Of a DNA stretch of 64,000 nucleotides, positions 51,996 to 64,000 are shown in pieces (the first letter of the stretch is position 1; every line of letters starts with the position of its first letter). The position numbers and the translations under genes were made by a program. The notes beneath the pieces are model-generated. The model saw only the letters and a list, made by a program, of their open reading frames with translations. It made no database searches and was not told where the DNA came from. This DNA is from Vermamoeba vermiformis (Eukaryota): the NCBI GenBank assembly GCA_045837725.1, contig JBEWZL010000076.1, positions 372,001 through 436,000 on the forward strand. The letters are read 5' to 3'.

Positions 51996-54900
51996 TTATT
52001 TTGTAAAGCGATGCAAATTGGTGATGCTTTTTTCGATATCGTGCTGCAGTTTGCTACCGTACTCGAGGTCTGCGACAATGACCAGAAAAGCGTCAATGTC
52101 TTCTTGTGTCCAGTTTTGAAGCATGAACGGAATGCCAGCAGGCAAAAAATCTAGTTTAACTCTGCTGGCGATATCTTGATAGTGAATGCTGCCGACGACC
52201 TTCCACAACGCTATCATGTTATCGACGCTCCACTTGATGGGCTCATTGCCGGTACTAAGAGCAACAAACAGTTGTTGACACGATCGCAAGTCCAGCAACG
52301 AGTACCATTCGTCTCTCACGCCAATGCGCATGTTGACCGCAAGGTTCATCCAAGAAATCAAGCGCGACAGTTGAGTGTTATCCAACTTGATGCCGTTTAA
52401 GAAGTCAAGGATAATCTTCGCTGCGGCTAGGTGAGGTTCTGATCGATCAAAATACTGGCGGTGCCGAGGGTCATTGCCAGGCAGCGCCTCGGGGATGGAA
52501 GGACATACGACCGTTCGGAATTGTTCCGCGATGTGCTCCAGCAGCTGTAGAGCAGGCTCAACGGTTTTTACTGAGTTATCATTGTTAGAACGTTGGGTCT
52601 TTACACGCTTCATTATGAGCTCACCATAGTATGGCATGTAATAGCGTTGTAACAGAATTGCTTGTGCTTGAGTAATAGGTCCGCTACAAAAAGATTGAAT
52701 GTAATTCTCTATTGACGCCGCCTCGTAATCAACTTGGCCAATTCTGAAGCGGGTTGGTGGTAGTTTGGGCAGCAAATCAAAAAAGCGTTTTTGCTCTTCT
52801 GTCAGCTGTTGAAGTTGAGCCACGGCACTGATGCAAGTCCTGACACTTTTAATATCGTACTGTTCAAGTAGGTATTGCGACTGATAAAAAGCAGCGGGAT
52901 CTTGGTAAATACTGGCCAGTCGGTCTATTTGTGCAGACGACAGTTTCACTTGAGCTCTCGTTAGCACACGTTTTGCAATAAGATAGGTCTTAAAATAATC
53001 AAACAATCCAAAAAATTTGTCATAGCATTCTTGCGTCTCGTCGACTATTCGTTCAAAAGCTTGCATAATCTCTGTCCACAGGAGACTATCACACTGCAGT
53101 GCTAATCTTAGCAAGTCATCGAACACTGCAAGGGGAAGTGTCTTTGGCAGCGCAGTAATTACTCGTTGTTGCTCTTCGCTGGGTTTGATCATGCGAATCA
53201 TCCTCTGGACACGATCAAGACGGAGTGTTGGGAAGAAGCTGAAGACTATCATTGCCGAGGCTTGAATAGCTACATCCTCCGTATTTGCCAAACGTTCCAA
53301 TAAGAATTCAAAACAACAATCTTCTTTAAAGACATCAGTAAATATTTCATAAATTGCCCTTCTGATGGGGTGGTCGACAAGTTCTACTGCACATTTTGAC
53401 GATAGTCTTTGGAATAATCTTTCCATCAGCACCTGATCATTGAAATCTGAATGGAGATGAATATGTCTGATCATCGAAATCAGCTCCTTTGGCACGCGCT
53501 TCTCGTTGCTTTCAAATTTCTTGATGACGAGGTCCACAAATTCTTGATCGCGGTTTCGTGGTGTGATTTCCTTCAAAAATAACGAAAAGGGCTTGTACTG
53601 GTTAATGTCATCAAAAAACAATTGTCCGGTGATTGGTTGTCCAAATAACTTGAGTGCCAAGTCAAAACATAACGAAGTCAGCTGATCAGTTTCATTCAGT
53701 TGTGGTGCTTCTTTAATCTTCTTCTTTTGGTGTGTTTCAGAAGCAGGGTGGATGCTTTTGGTTGAAGCGTTGTACAAACACGACACGACCAACTTGATAA
53801 AGGCCGGAGAACGGGCAGTGACATCGCGATTCCTTGGATGCTTGAGCACATCTGAAATCCATTCAATGGCTTGCTGTTCGTCATATCCCTTCATAGTAGT
53901 GATGAGTTGCATCACCGATAAAGCATCGGCCACCAAGTGCAAGGGCTGCGTCCATTCAGAGTATTCCAAAGCAGTCAATTCCACGAATTTCTGCCAGTTG
54001 AACTTAAGAGTGTCATGTAGGGCTAATTGAGCCAATAGCGATGGATAATTCTTCTTAATAATCGTTTTGACGATAAAATCGGCTGTTAAATAGTCCCAAA
54101 TGATTTGATGGTCAAACTTAATGAATCCATCAGCCTCGTCGTATGAGTCCCAGTCAGCGTAGTGACAAAACTGATACACGGGCAGGAGTTTCTTAATTAT
54201 CGCTCCACTGGCTCGATAGAATGAAAGAGGAAAGTTGCTCGTTATAATGAGCGATGACAAGTAGGGCTCTATTTCCGTCACTCGAGTGGTTCCAAGCACT
54301 TTTGCAAGATAGGCAATGAGGGCAGCTACTTGGAGCAGTGCAGTAGGGTCTTCTTCGAGGAGTTCGCGTTGATCTTCATCGAGACTAACTTTCTTCTGTT
54401 GAGTAACTTTGATAGACTGTAACAACAAGCCACCAAGAAAATCAAACTGAGAGCTTGCTAAATGCTTGCGAGGATCGATGGTACGCGCCTCGATTACAAG
54501 TAGCGAGTACCAAAATAAAGTTTGCGGAAATCTGAAGTTTTGTTGCAGGGCTTTTGCTTGTTCGAATGCTGAGTCATCTGCGCAAAGCGTCCTCAGTGTG
54601 GTATTCGAGTCTTTGATTTTTCGCATTTTGAGTGTTGTCCATGTAACACTATCATTGAACGAAGGCAGTGTTACACCGGGTCTTGACGACACCACTAAAG
54701 CAACGATGTTGACATCTTGAACTGGTCCTGAGCACTGTTGTTAGTAACTTGTCTACGGATGATTAGGAGCTGCTTACCGGGGATGGTAGGCAACATGTTA
54801 TCTATGTAATGCAAGAATTCTTCACGCTCTAAAGTCTTCATTTCATCAACAGCGTCTATCAACAGTATCACATGAGAACCTTGTTGAATGACACGTGTCA

Positions 54901-56211
54901 AAGACTCTCGCCATTCTTGTTGTCTTGATTGGTCTCGAATGTCAGCGGTGATCATGCTACTGTTCACTAGGCAGTCAATCATTGACATCGAGTTAGCATT
55001 CTCTCGCCAAAAGTATTCGGCTGTAACGATAGAACTTAGCGCCTTGAAATCGATAAAGCAATTGCTTTCGACTTTACCTTTACACATCACTGGCACCACA
55101 TCTCTCCGGTCTAGATCTAAACTCTTGGCGAGTTGAAACATTGCCATTGTTTTGCCCGTTCCCGCTGATGATTTGAGATGCACGAATTTGCGAGCAGTAA
55201 TGAATTCAAAGCTGTTGTTCGTCAAGTCCTTGATGCTTAAAGACGGAGTTGTGACTTCTTCTGTTTCGGAATTGACGTCGTGTACACTCGGCTTTGTTTT
55301 GAACTTGAACAACTCTTCGTGCACGTGTATAGGGGCGTTAAAGAATCTCTTCTGCGCAATACTTTCATCCAACAACTTGTAGTACATGTGTGCCGGGATG
55401 TTGGGCAGCAAATCGTCTTGCATAGCATTGGATGGATGAACGTCTGGCTCTAGAACAACTTGTGGGTTGGCCGACGGTGTGCCAATCAAGTCGAAGTGGT
55501 CAAAATTATCGTGCAAGATGAACTCTTCGGGCACGAGCTCGCTGTCTGCGGGCAAAGTCTCACCATCGAGAATGGCCTCATTTTGTTCAAGGACGTGTTG
55601 CCAATCAGTCATAGTAATATCTGGTTGGTGTGGTTCATAAGATAGTTGTTGGTCGAGTGCCAAGTGCGTCGGTTCCAACGGTGCAATGTCACCAGTCATA
55701 ACGCTCTCAATTTGACCTTGGTCGTCGTCTTGTTTTGTTTGAGAGTTTTTCAGTGCGTAGTGGTGCAGTACGGTCCATGTATTATCTTCTGAATCGATCA
55801 CGTACTCCCACAAAGAGTATGGTCTATCTGGTGCGGTCAATGTACGCTTGCTTATCGACATTCCGTTGTGAATTTTGACTAGAACTTTGCCGTTTTGCTT
55901 GAACTGAAGCTTTTGGTTGTTCTCATCAACTTTTCTGGGCAAAGAAGGTAAGTCATACTTGCTGGCCTTCTTGTTAAATTCTTTTTTGACTTTGAATACA
56001 TAAATCTGGTATATTAAATAGCCGATATCGCCTGAAAATTTTATAAATTAAACGGGGCACCCCTAAATTTGAATAATTTACCAGGTTTAAAGTCAGATAC
56101 TCTTTCAAGCGGAACCAGATGTGTGAGGTTTTGACCAATCAAGTCATAATAATAGTTATCATTCTGTCTATATTCTACTCCAGTATGCAAGATAAAGATC
56201 TGGTGTTCCAT
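51996..56211 (-). CDS. NACHT/STAND-type P-loop NTPase with long C-terminal helical region (NLR-like), ~1,370 aa, 3 exons
   Basis: Exons are 56211-56082, 56031-54778 and 54727-51996. Walker A SSAGTGKT, Walker B ILLIDAVDE, and the sensor-1-like LVVSSRP are joined by a 50-nt intron (GTAAGC...ACTAAC...CTCAG). Confidence 0.8.
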
Positions 56212-56285
56212 TGATTGAAAATGCGTCAAACAATCGAACGTCAAAGTTTTAGTTTTATTTTTAATATTTTGCTGAACGACGAACC

Positions 56286-58297
56286 ATGCATCGCTCGTTC
56301 CGCTGTATATCATTCTTGTTATGGGCACTCGTTGCCTCTACATTAGCAACAGAGCGAATATTGGTTTTCAGATCTGGCTCGGCGGAAATTGAAACATTGG
56401 AGAACAATAACTTGGGCTGGAAAACAAATAGTGGATCTGACGATTTATTTGCCGTTCAGTATTTTAGAGAAAACGCCGCAAACGTAAGAAAAAAGTATTT
56501 TTAAAAAATAAGGGCAGTCACGAGATAGGATGCAAGAAATCATTAGTCAAAATTAAATAGCAAATTTATTGTGTAAACTATAAACTTTTTAAAAGATTTT
56601 TTGGGTGATCCCGCGATCTTTTAAATAACGAGAACTAATTCGAGTCTTCTTCAGTCAGAATTAGCCGATAAAATATCCAAATTGATCGTATGCGACCAAA
56701 CAGCACGCAATCGATCAATTATCAGTCCACATCCGCTAGCAGCGCGAAATCGGCCTGGTGTCACATTGTTGGTCGAAATACACTTAGAGAAAGACGAAGT
56801 TAATGTCTTAAGAAGCATTACTACACTAGAGAGGTACAATATTTTTGAAGTATTAAGACTTGATTTTAACGTCTGCAGGTCGAAATTGGATGTGATCCGT
56901 CAGCGAATTGCCAAGGCACTGAAGGACAATCTAGACATCGAAAGCATATCAATCGATGGTATTAGTGTTGAAGGGACTATTGATCTGTCAAAGATGGCTG
57001 TGCTAAGTGATGCACCGCTGTTGCTGCCTCCGTTCTACGCGTTTGATCTGGTTGTGGACAAAGCATTTGACTTGCAGCGAGACATTAGCAGCCTTTATCT
57101 CTATGTTTATTTGCCCAACACTCACGTATCACTTCTCAAAGACGGACAACCGAACTCTTTGAAGTCACTATTGGACAACGTTGAAATTCATGAACAATGC
57201 GTCCTTCTTTCCAAAAATAGACAAGTCACCATCGAAACAGGTGTTGCAAAGTCGAAGCACGTGACGTTGAAGGTCCCCTCGAACACTGAGGTACACGTGA
57301 TTGAGGACTGCACACGAGGTGACTTGTGCAAATCACGTGCGTTAACAGTTGCACCAACAAGTGCTAGCGAGCCAGTCCGAACATTGACACCTGTCAGCAT
57401 GTCAATGACTCGTTCTCTGCACAAGATCGGCTTTCATCGTGACTTGGAGACAAGAATTCAATTGTTGAACTTGAAGGTACCAAACTGTAACACCTCGTTG
57501 TGGGAAGTACTTGTAATTAACGCACTGTTATTTGGTCAATAGGACTTTGATATTGATCCAGAACAATGTGCGCTAGTGCTCGTTGAAACGCTGTCAGAAG
57601 ATTATTACATCGACCGCGATGAAGTTGAAGGTACCTGCATACACTCATTGCCGATGTCTTTGAAGGAGCTGACTGTTAAACAATTTTAGGCCTCGAGAGA
57701 TTACAGCGCAACAATCACTTTGATTTTTTCACGCAAGGCATTGACATTGAACGACCTGCCTACACGAGTACTCAACACGTAGTCGTTGTCACATCGAATC
57801 ACAAGCTCACGTGAGTCATATTTGAACGACTGACGCACTGCATGCATTGTTTAACAAAGTTCTGTAGTCGAGATGAGACAGCTGTTTACACCATCACCTA
57901 TCCAGTCCATATGCGCTATCAAATGCCTACACCCACCGATGAAACACACCGCAAGACCTATATTAACGCGCCACTAGTCTATTTGAAGTGCCGCAATGAC
58001 GCAGCGAATGATGGCCCGTGCAATGTACCTCCCCGCATCGACCAGAAATTTTCACCAATGACCAACGAAGTCCAATCTAATTCACTCGGCACGTGCTCGA
58101 AAGTCACGTGGACGCCTGTGGAGGTCAATCACGTGACTGAGCCATTGGTTGCTTTAATTCCGCTCGGACAACTTCAGCACAGTTGGCTCGGCACGCTCGT
58201 GACTTTGGGCACTACATTCTTAGCAGTGAGCATGCTCGCTGGATTTGTATATAAAACTACGTCCTCCAAGTGCCTGGAAAAACAAAAAGATGAATAA
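56286..58297 (+). CDS. PIGX: PIG-X/PBN1 family GPI mannosyltransferase I subunit
   Basis: Signal peptide; GFHRDL, LVETLSEDYYID, IDIERPAY, PVHMRYQ and IPLG followed by a C-terminal TM helix. Confidence 0.85.
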
Positions 58298-58323
58298 ATT
58301 ATGCAGCAAAAACGTGCAAGAAC

Positions 58324-59831
58324 ATGGAACACTTCTCCTCAGTATGTCTTGCTTATTAATTGTAGCTAGATGTTAATATTATTTGAAGGATTTGCCTGTG
58401 GAAATTATTGAGCTTATTCTAGCTTTTGTATTTGATTCTTACGTACTTGAAGATGAGCGGATCCAGGACAGAATAATTCAATATTTGCTCAAAAAGTCTC
58501 CATTAAAGAAAGAGTCGCATATAAAATTGGAATCAGTATTTAAACGGCAAGCAGATATTTATAAGTGCGCAGCTAATTTAAGCACCGTCTGTAAACCTTA
58601 GTAAGCCACACAACCGTGCTTGAAGTCCCTCATAATTAATAATAATTATTCAGCTGGAAGGCGATGCGGGAATCTAACATCATATGGAGCCGTATCTTTA
58701 GCCTGACGATTGGAGCCAGATCGTGGCTGTCAAAAGCACCTTATATCTTCGAAAAGAGATTTAATTCAAGTTACAAACAAATGTGCAAGTTTTTAATGAC
58801 ATTCGGAGACAAATTGACCGATATAAAGTTTGAAAAGCTGGATTTGGGCTTGCGCGGCAGTGTCGAAAAAGTCGGTCCTCGTGCGTTTATATGCGCAGGA
58901 AATGATTCCAAATTATCAAGATACGATTTTTCAACGGGCGAAGTAACATTATTGACCAGCACACAAGAGACTGACGGGTTACTACGCGACAAATACCTTA
59001 TTACATTCGACGTTCAATTTAACGTCCAAATGTTGTCGATGAAAATATACGACTATGAAGAGGACAAGTTATTGCAAAGCTACGATGATGTAATCAATTT
59101 ACAGACTGAACACGGACCTGTTTCTCGATGGGTCACAAGACGTGAGTACTTTGCTCGATATTGCAATTCATAATATATTGTCATGAAAATAGACATATTA
59201 CGCATGATAGGCGGAACTCTGTTTTCCTACACTCTATTTTAATGATTATTATTGCAGATGCAGGTGATTGGATTGAATTGACGGCTGAAGTGGGCAACAT
59301 GCGATGTGAAGCACTGGTCCACGTACTAGCGCGCATATCACAGCACCAAGTAGTGGTGGTACCACCCTACGAGAGGTGTACTGTAGTGACACTGAAAGAG
59401 GCTGGCAAGTCGTTTTGTTGCTCAGTCAAGGACAAAACGATGGTGCAGGACAGATATCGCGTTAAAATCCTCAAAATAGAGCACAATAGGTAAGGGTACC
59501 TTTAGTACTAATACTTTAATCAAAAATATTATTCTAACTCAAGTCCTACAACGAGTACAGAGAGTTATTTTCGGCGACAGAACGTGATCCGTTTACCAAC
59601 AAGGTGTTGTCCACGCTGCCGTTCAGGCGGTGCAGATTACTAGGCAATTACGCGCTATCTAAAACATCGACTATGCTCTACGCAGTGAGCACTTCAATAC
59701 GCGCTGGCAAGCAGATTTCAGCAACGAATGCTGCGCGTTATTATATTCGAGGCGATTGTCTATACTATGTAGAAAAGGGTGATATATATGTGCACGTACT
59801 GGAGTATTCAGGCACCAGCGGATCCGAATAA
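58324..59831 (+). CDS. F-box protein with beta-rich C-terminal region
   Basis: Spliced start MEHFSS/DLPVEIIELILAFV, later LSTVCKP.WK; several GT-AG introns. Confidence 0.65.
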
Positions 59832-60036
59832 AAAAAATGCGACAACTCCAATGCCATACTTCATGATTCGGATCAAATTTGAATAGTATAAGGGAACTTA
59901 AGTAGCGGTAAGATTTGGAAATTGAAAAGTCTGGTAGGAAATTGAGGCACATAAATCTAGACCTTTGAAACTGAAACAATATGAGAAGATTCAGCTGAAA
60001 ATACTACGACAACAAGCACAATACTTACACGTAACA

Positions 60037-61093
60037 ATGGAGGGGTCTAAAGGCAGTGATGAGACGATTGTTGTGCACCTGAATGTTGGTGGTGTTTATT
60101 TTTCGACTTACAAGAGCACTCTTTGCAAATATCGAGGTAAAAATATACTTAATTGACTATAAATGTCATATTATATTTGTGATTATTCACCGCAATATTT
60201 TTCAATTATTTATTTTTGATATTAATTTCGGATCGAGCAGGAACGATGCTTGAAGCAATGTTTAGTGGTCGGCATGCGTTAATCAAGGATGGTGAAGGCC
60301 GATACTTTATTGATCGACCTCCAAAACCATTCAGATCCATTCTGACATTCTTGCAAACGGATAAAATCTATTGGCCTACTAAATACGAAGACAAGAAGTT
60401 GCTCGAAGATGAAATTGATTATTTTGGACTCAATGATGTGCTTAATATGGCCTCGCACTTTGGTGTCGATGAATCCCTACTAATAACAGAAAATGTCAGT
60501 TTATTGTTCGCGGAGGGAGGCCTTAAATACGGAAACTTGCTTTATCGAGGTAAGTATCTGTTATCATTCGCAATTATATCATACATGGTGATAATTTTTT
60601 GTAAGGTTCGAGAGATGGCTTTGATTTGAAGACATTTCACAAAAAGTGTGACAGCGCCGGATCTACATTGACTGTAATTAAGAACTCCAATGGTGTATTA
60701 ATTGGTGGGTATACTGAACAGCCATGGTCGAGACAAGCGGTGAAATTATCATCGAATCAAGACGTTAAATCTACATCATGGCTATTTGTAGCCGGCTTTT
60801 CCCAGCCAGTCAGGTACAAGGCCAGATCTACTGCCAGCACCAGCAGTGCGAATAACAAAGGTCCTTGGTTCGGTAATAAACTAGGCGACTATGATATATG
60901 TAAGTAGAGAACATTGCAAGTCAAACCGGTTGCTAACAGTAGTGGATTAGTTGTCGATCTTGACCTGAAGCTTTGTTACATCTCTGGAACTAATGGATAT
61001 GAAGCACCATTGTACTTCAGCCTGGGAGTCTCTAGCTTTCAAATAGCTGATATTGAAGTGTTTGCTGTTAATTCTAGCATTAAAAATAAGTAG
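60037..61093 (+). CDS. KCTD-type BTB/POZ plus TLDc domain protein
   Basis: VHLNVGGVYFSTYKSTL, MLEAMFSGRH and YFIDR (BTB). LLYRGSRDGF...FHKKCD.AGSTLTVIK, IGGYT, GPWFG and DIEVF (TLDc). Confidence 0.9.
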
Positions 61094-61132
61094 GATCCGA
61101 TAAATTGTTGCAATTTTCTTTTATTGTCGCAA

Positions 61133-63735
61133 TTAATTGTTGTTTTTCTTGGTAAATCTGCCAAGAGCAGTCTTAGGAATCTTATCTTCAATGCTCGGAA
61201 CAATGCCCTCTTCTTTCTCTTTCAGTTCTCGCTCGCGTTTCTCCATCAATCGTTGTCTGTTCTCATCGCTCTTCAGGGCTCGTTTAGCCTCCTTAATATT
61301 CTCGCGCTTCTTCTTCTCTTTGCGCACCTTGCCCTTCTTCTCAGCCTTGTGCTCGTCGTACGTCTTGTCGGTGTTGTTGTTCGCTTCGAACTCTGCCTTC
61401 AATTGCTTTTCGTAGCTCTGTAAAACATAAAGTTAATTAATCACCAGCCAAATATCCTTATTGTTATTGCTACGTACCTCCTTGGTGTCCTTGGTGACAG
61501 TGCCAATCAAGTTGGTATCCAAGTTGATCATGGTCGGCTGAATCTTCTCCAACAATCTGACCACTGTAGTCTCACGACGTTGTTTCTTCGTCTCGAACGG
61601 ATTGGCCTCGAAGGTGTCAAAGTTAGGCTCGCCAGAACCAGGCACAAGAATTTGCGAGAATCCCTATTGAGATGTCAATAAGTGTCCGTCACAGCGTTAT
61701 ATTTGACAAGTGTCATTGAGCAACAGTTGCAGTCGACCAATGCTCGTGACACGTGTCAATTGCAAGCTCTTACCTTCATGTGTCCAATGCCCAATGTATC
61801 ATCGAATGGTGTGAAATGCAAGTCAAAAATTCTGCCACCAGTTGACAGATCATGAGTCATGTAAGGCTTCTGTGCCTTAGAAGTGATGTAATCGCGCCAA
61901 ATGTGCACGTGAGGACCGAATCCAGTGGCTAAAATGCCAAGCTGTGAAATGTCGAGACAATCGACTGGCTTGTTGAGCATGTACATCTGCTGCTCTTTGT
62001 ACGTGCGCAAGTCCCACACTTTCAACTTGCGATCAGCGCCGGCAGTGACCATTGTACTAATTAGGAAATAAGTTAGTCAAGTGCTTCATGCGCGCAATAA
62101 AATGGTCGAAACAAGAGCGATCAGTGGAGGGTCAGCAGGTCATTAACATCATTCAGTCAGAAATAGAACAACGCATTTTGACACAATTTCATCATTCACT
62201 GAATATCTCTATCCAAATAAGGCAAGTCAAATCGTATGACTTACTATCCAGTGGGATCGACAGCGAGTGCATTGACAGGGCCTTTGTGGCACAACATCTT
62301 GACGAGTGGTGTGCCCATGTTGGGACTCCACAGCGTTACAACGCCTGAGCAGCAGATTAGACGAGGATAGCCTAATAAGGAATAACTATGACGTACCTGT
62401 GTGGTGACCGAGGTGCAGAATAGCATTGCGCGGGTTCTGTCGCATCACGTGACACGCGCCCATATGCGTGCGGAAATCAGCGACGATGGCACCCGTGGAT
62501 GTGTCTTGGTAGTGCAAACTGCCGCTCTTGTCCTAATTAGGAAGTGTCAGAAACTATTGCAAAGCTACCGCGAGGCATTGAATAAGTGACGTACAGTGCT
62601 GGCCAACAAGAAGTGATAGGGCAAGAATTCGAGTCGCAAGGGCTCAGGGTGGTTTTTGAGTCGATGGATCTCGACACCTTGCTTGTCATATATATACACA
62701 AACCGCTTCTGAGCTACGGCGAACATTGTCTCGTTATGTAACATGCTGCAGTAATGTTAGTATTAATTCATTCCGAGAAAAACAAGTCTAGATCTGACGC
62801 ACCAAACATCTCGGACGGTTTCGTTCAAATGCATCTCAGTCATTAATTTGCTCTTGGTGCAGTCCATCAGTGCCACGTGACCTTTTTCGCCGCCCAACAC
62901 CATGTAACGGCCTGATCGCGCGTAGTCGAATGAATAGGGACCAAATTTATCGAGTGTCAAGTCGAAGATCTGGTTGTAACGATCGAGCAGTTAGCTTCAA
63001 GCAGATAAATAGTATTTAATATTAATATTGATAATTTTTACCTTGCTAGCAGCTTGCTGATCCACCGCCTCTTTAATGTCGCGTTGTTTGAATTTGTATG
63101 TGTCTTCGATCGGGCCGTCAGCTTCCAAATAACTGCGAGACAATTTTCATTAATAAGGATTTGTATATTTGTATATTTTTGAGACTTACCCAACCTCATC
63201 GGGCAACAAGATCTCCGCTCTGGCAGCTTTATCTCTCGACTCTTTATAAACCTTTTCTGCCTCTGTCAATCTCCTCTTCAATTTTTTATCTTCAATGTCC
63301 TATTAAAATTGCGGAAATTAGAGGGTATTATCATTTTGAAAACAGATCGTGATCGTGATCTGATCAGATTTACGCTCAATTTAATACTTTTCGGACGTTA
63401 ACATAATAATAAATGTATTATAACCTGTTATGCCGATCATTAAAGTTAGCCGTTATTATAATTCATTTCAAGATCGCATCGCATAAAATTATTAAAAAAA
63501 GTTAGTAAAAAGTTGTAATTAATACCTGCATCCCGGGACCACTGCCACGCGAATATTTCTTTGATTTAGCATATATTTGTTTGTTATGCTCGATTTCTGC
63601 TTTCGTCTTTGGTCGTTTCTTTTTCTTCGTCTCGTGCGAATCCTCCAATCCTCCACCAAGTTCATCGCGCTTTCGTTTCTTATTCTCATTCTTATGGGCT
63701 ACCTCAGCCATATGGCCGTTTTGTTTAGCGGACAT
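61133..63735 (-). CDS. WDR46: WDR46/Utp7 SSU processome subunit
   Basis: [42 protein letters not shown] and [24 protein letters not shown] (BING4CT domain). Confidence 0.95.
62121..62202 (-). ncRNA. Candidate intronic box C/D snoRNA
   Basis: On the minus strand: TCAGTG stem, box C ATGATGA (62195-62189), D' CTGA (62160-62157), C' ATGATGT (62152-62146), D CTGA (62135-62132) and closing CACTGA, all inside an enlarged WDR46 intron. Confidence 0.7.
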
Positions 63736-64000
63736 GATTGGTGCTTGGTTCAAGGTCAACAATTAAAATAAGATTTACTACAGAGAACAACACAGCAACT
63801 CATTGTTTACCCAATTAATTTGTTATTAATAACATTTGACGTATTCGAGGGAGCTAATCTCCTTACAGACAGCAAGGAAAGGCAAGATTTTTGTTATTGG
63901 CGATCCGTCGTCTTTTGAATTGGTTCTGTAGCTTCCATGTAATATTATTCACGTAATCAGAATAACCCTGCAATGAAGTGCGTAAATTCCCTTTTTTAAA

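Noticed and set aside
63300-63520. Possible second snoRNA in the first WDR46 intron
   Set aside because: Only a degenerate box C (ATGATCG) is present, with no convincing guide or stem.
1-64000. CRISPR arrays, tRNA/rRNA genes, operons, autonomous transposase or viral hallmark genes
   Set aside because: None were seen. The window is spliced eukaryotic DNA, so a viral origin of the LRR island remains a hypothesis.

Overview
Gene-dense, intron-rich eukaryotic nuclear DNA with short GT-AG introns and (C/T)TAA(C/T)-type branch points. The gene content suggests an amoebozoan-like protist (inference only). About 25 genes are recognisable. Housekeeping or conserved genes include TPP2, GlnRS, MMAB, mitochondrial ClpP, Aurora kinase, Aladin, PIG-X, WDR46/Utp7 and an Rrn10-like gene. 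Signalling genes include a PX-PH-RasGEF, a RhoGAP and a class C GPCR with a betaine-binding-like ectodomain. There are also several intron-poor, immune/ubiquitin-type genes. Most notable: (1) a 3-12 kb island of three RNI-like LRR paralogs with a C-terminal F-box-like motif, an F-box/ankyrin-like gene and a gene-conversion tract; (2) two non-autonomous TIR elements in the first LRR copy, one of which has a structured GC-rich core and GT/AG sites that would splice it out in frame; (3) an LRR-coiled coil-SAM-SAM-U-box E3 gene in a sharply CpG-depleted patch; (4) a ~1,370-aa NACHT/STAND protein with a possible CG-1-like N-terminus; (5) a palindrome-rich insertion in the GPCR gene; (6) a candidate intronic C/D snoRNA. 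An apparent 1-nt frameshift in Aurora kinase warns that the assembly may contain indel errors. All exon structures were inferred by eye and no searches were run.
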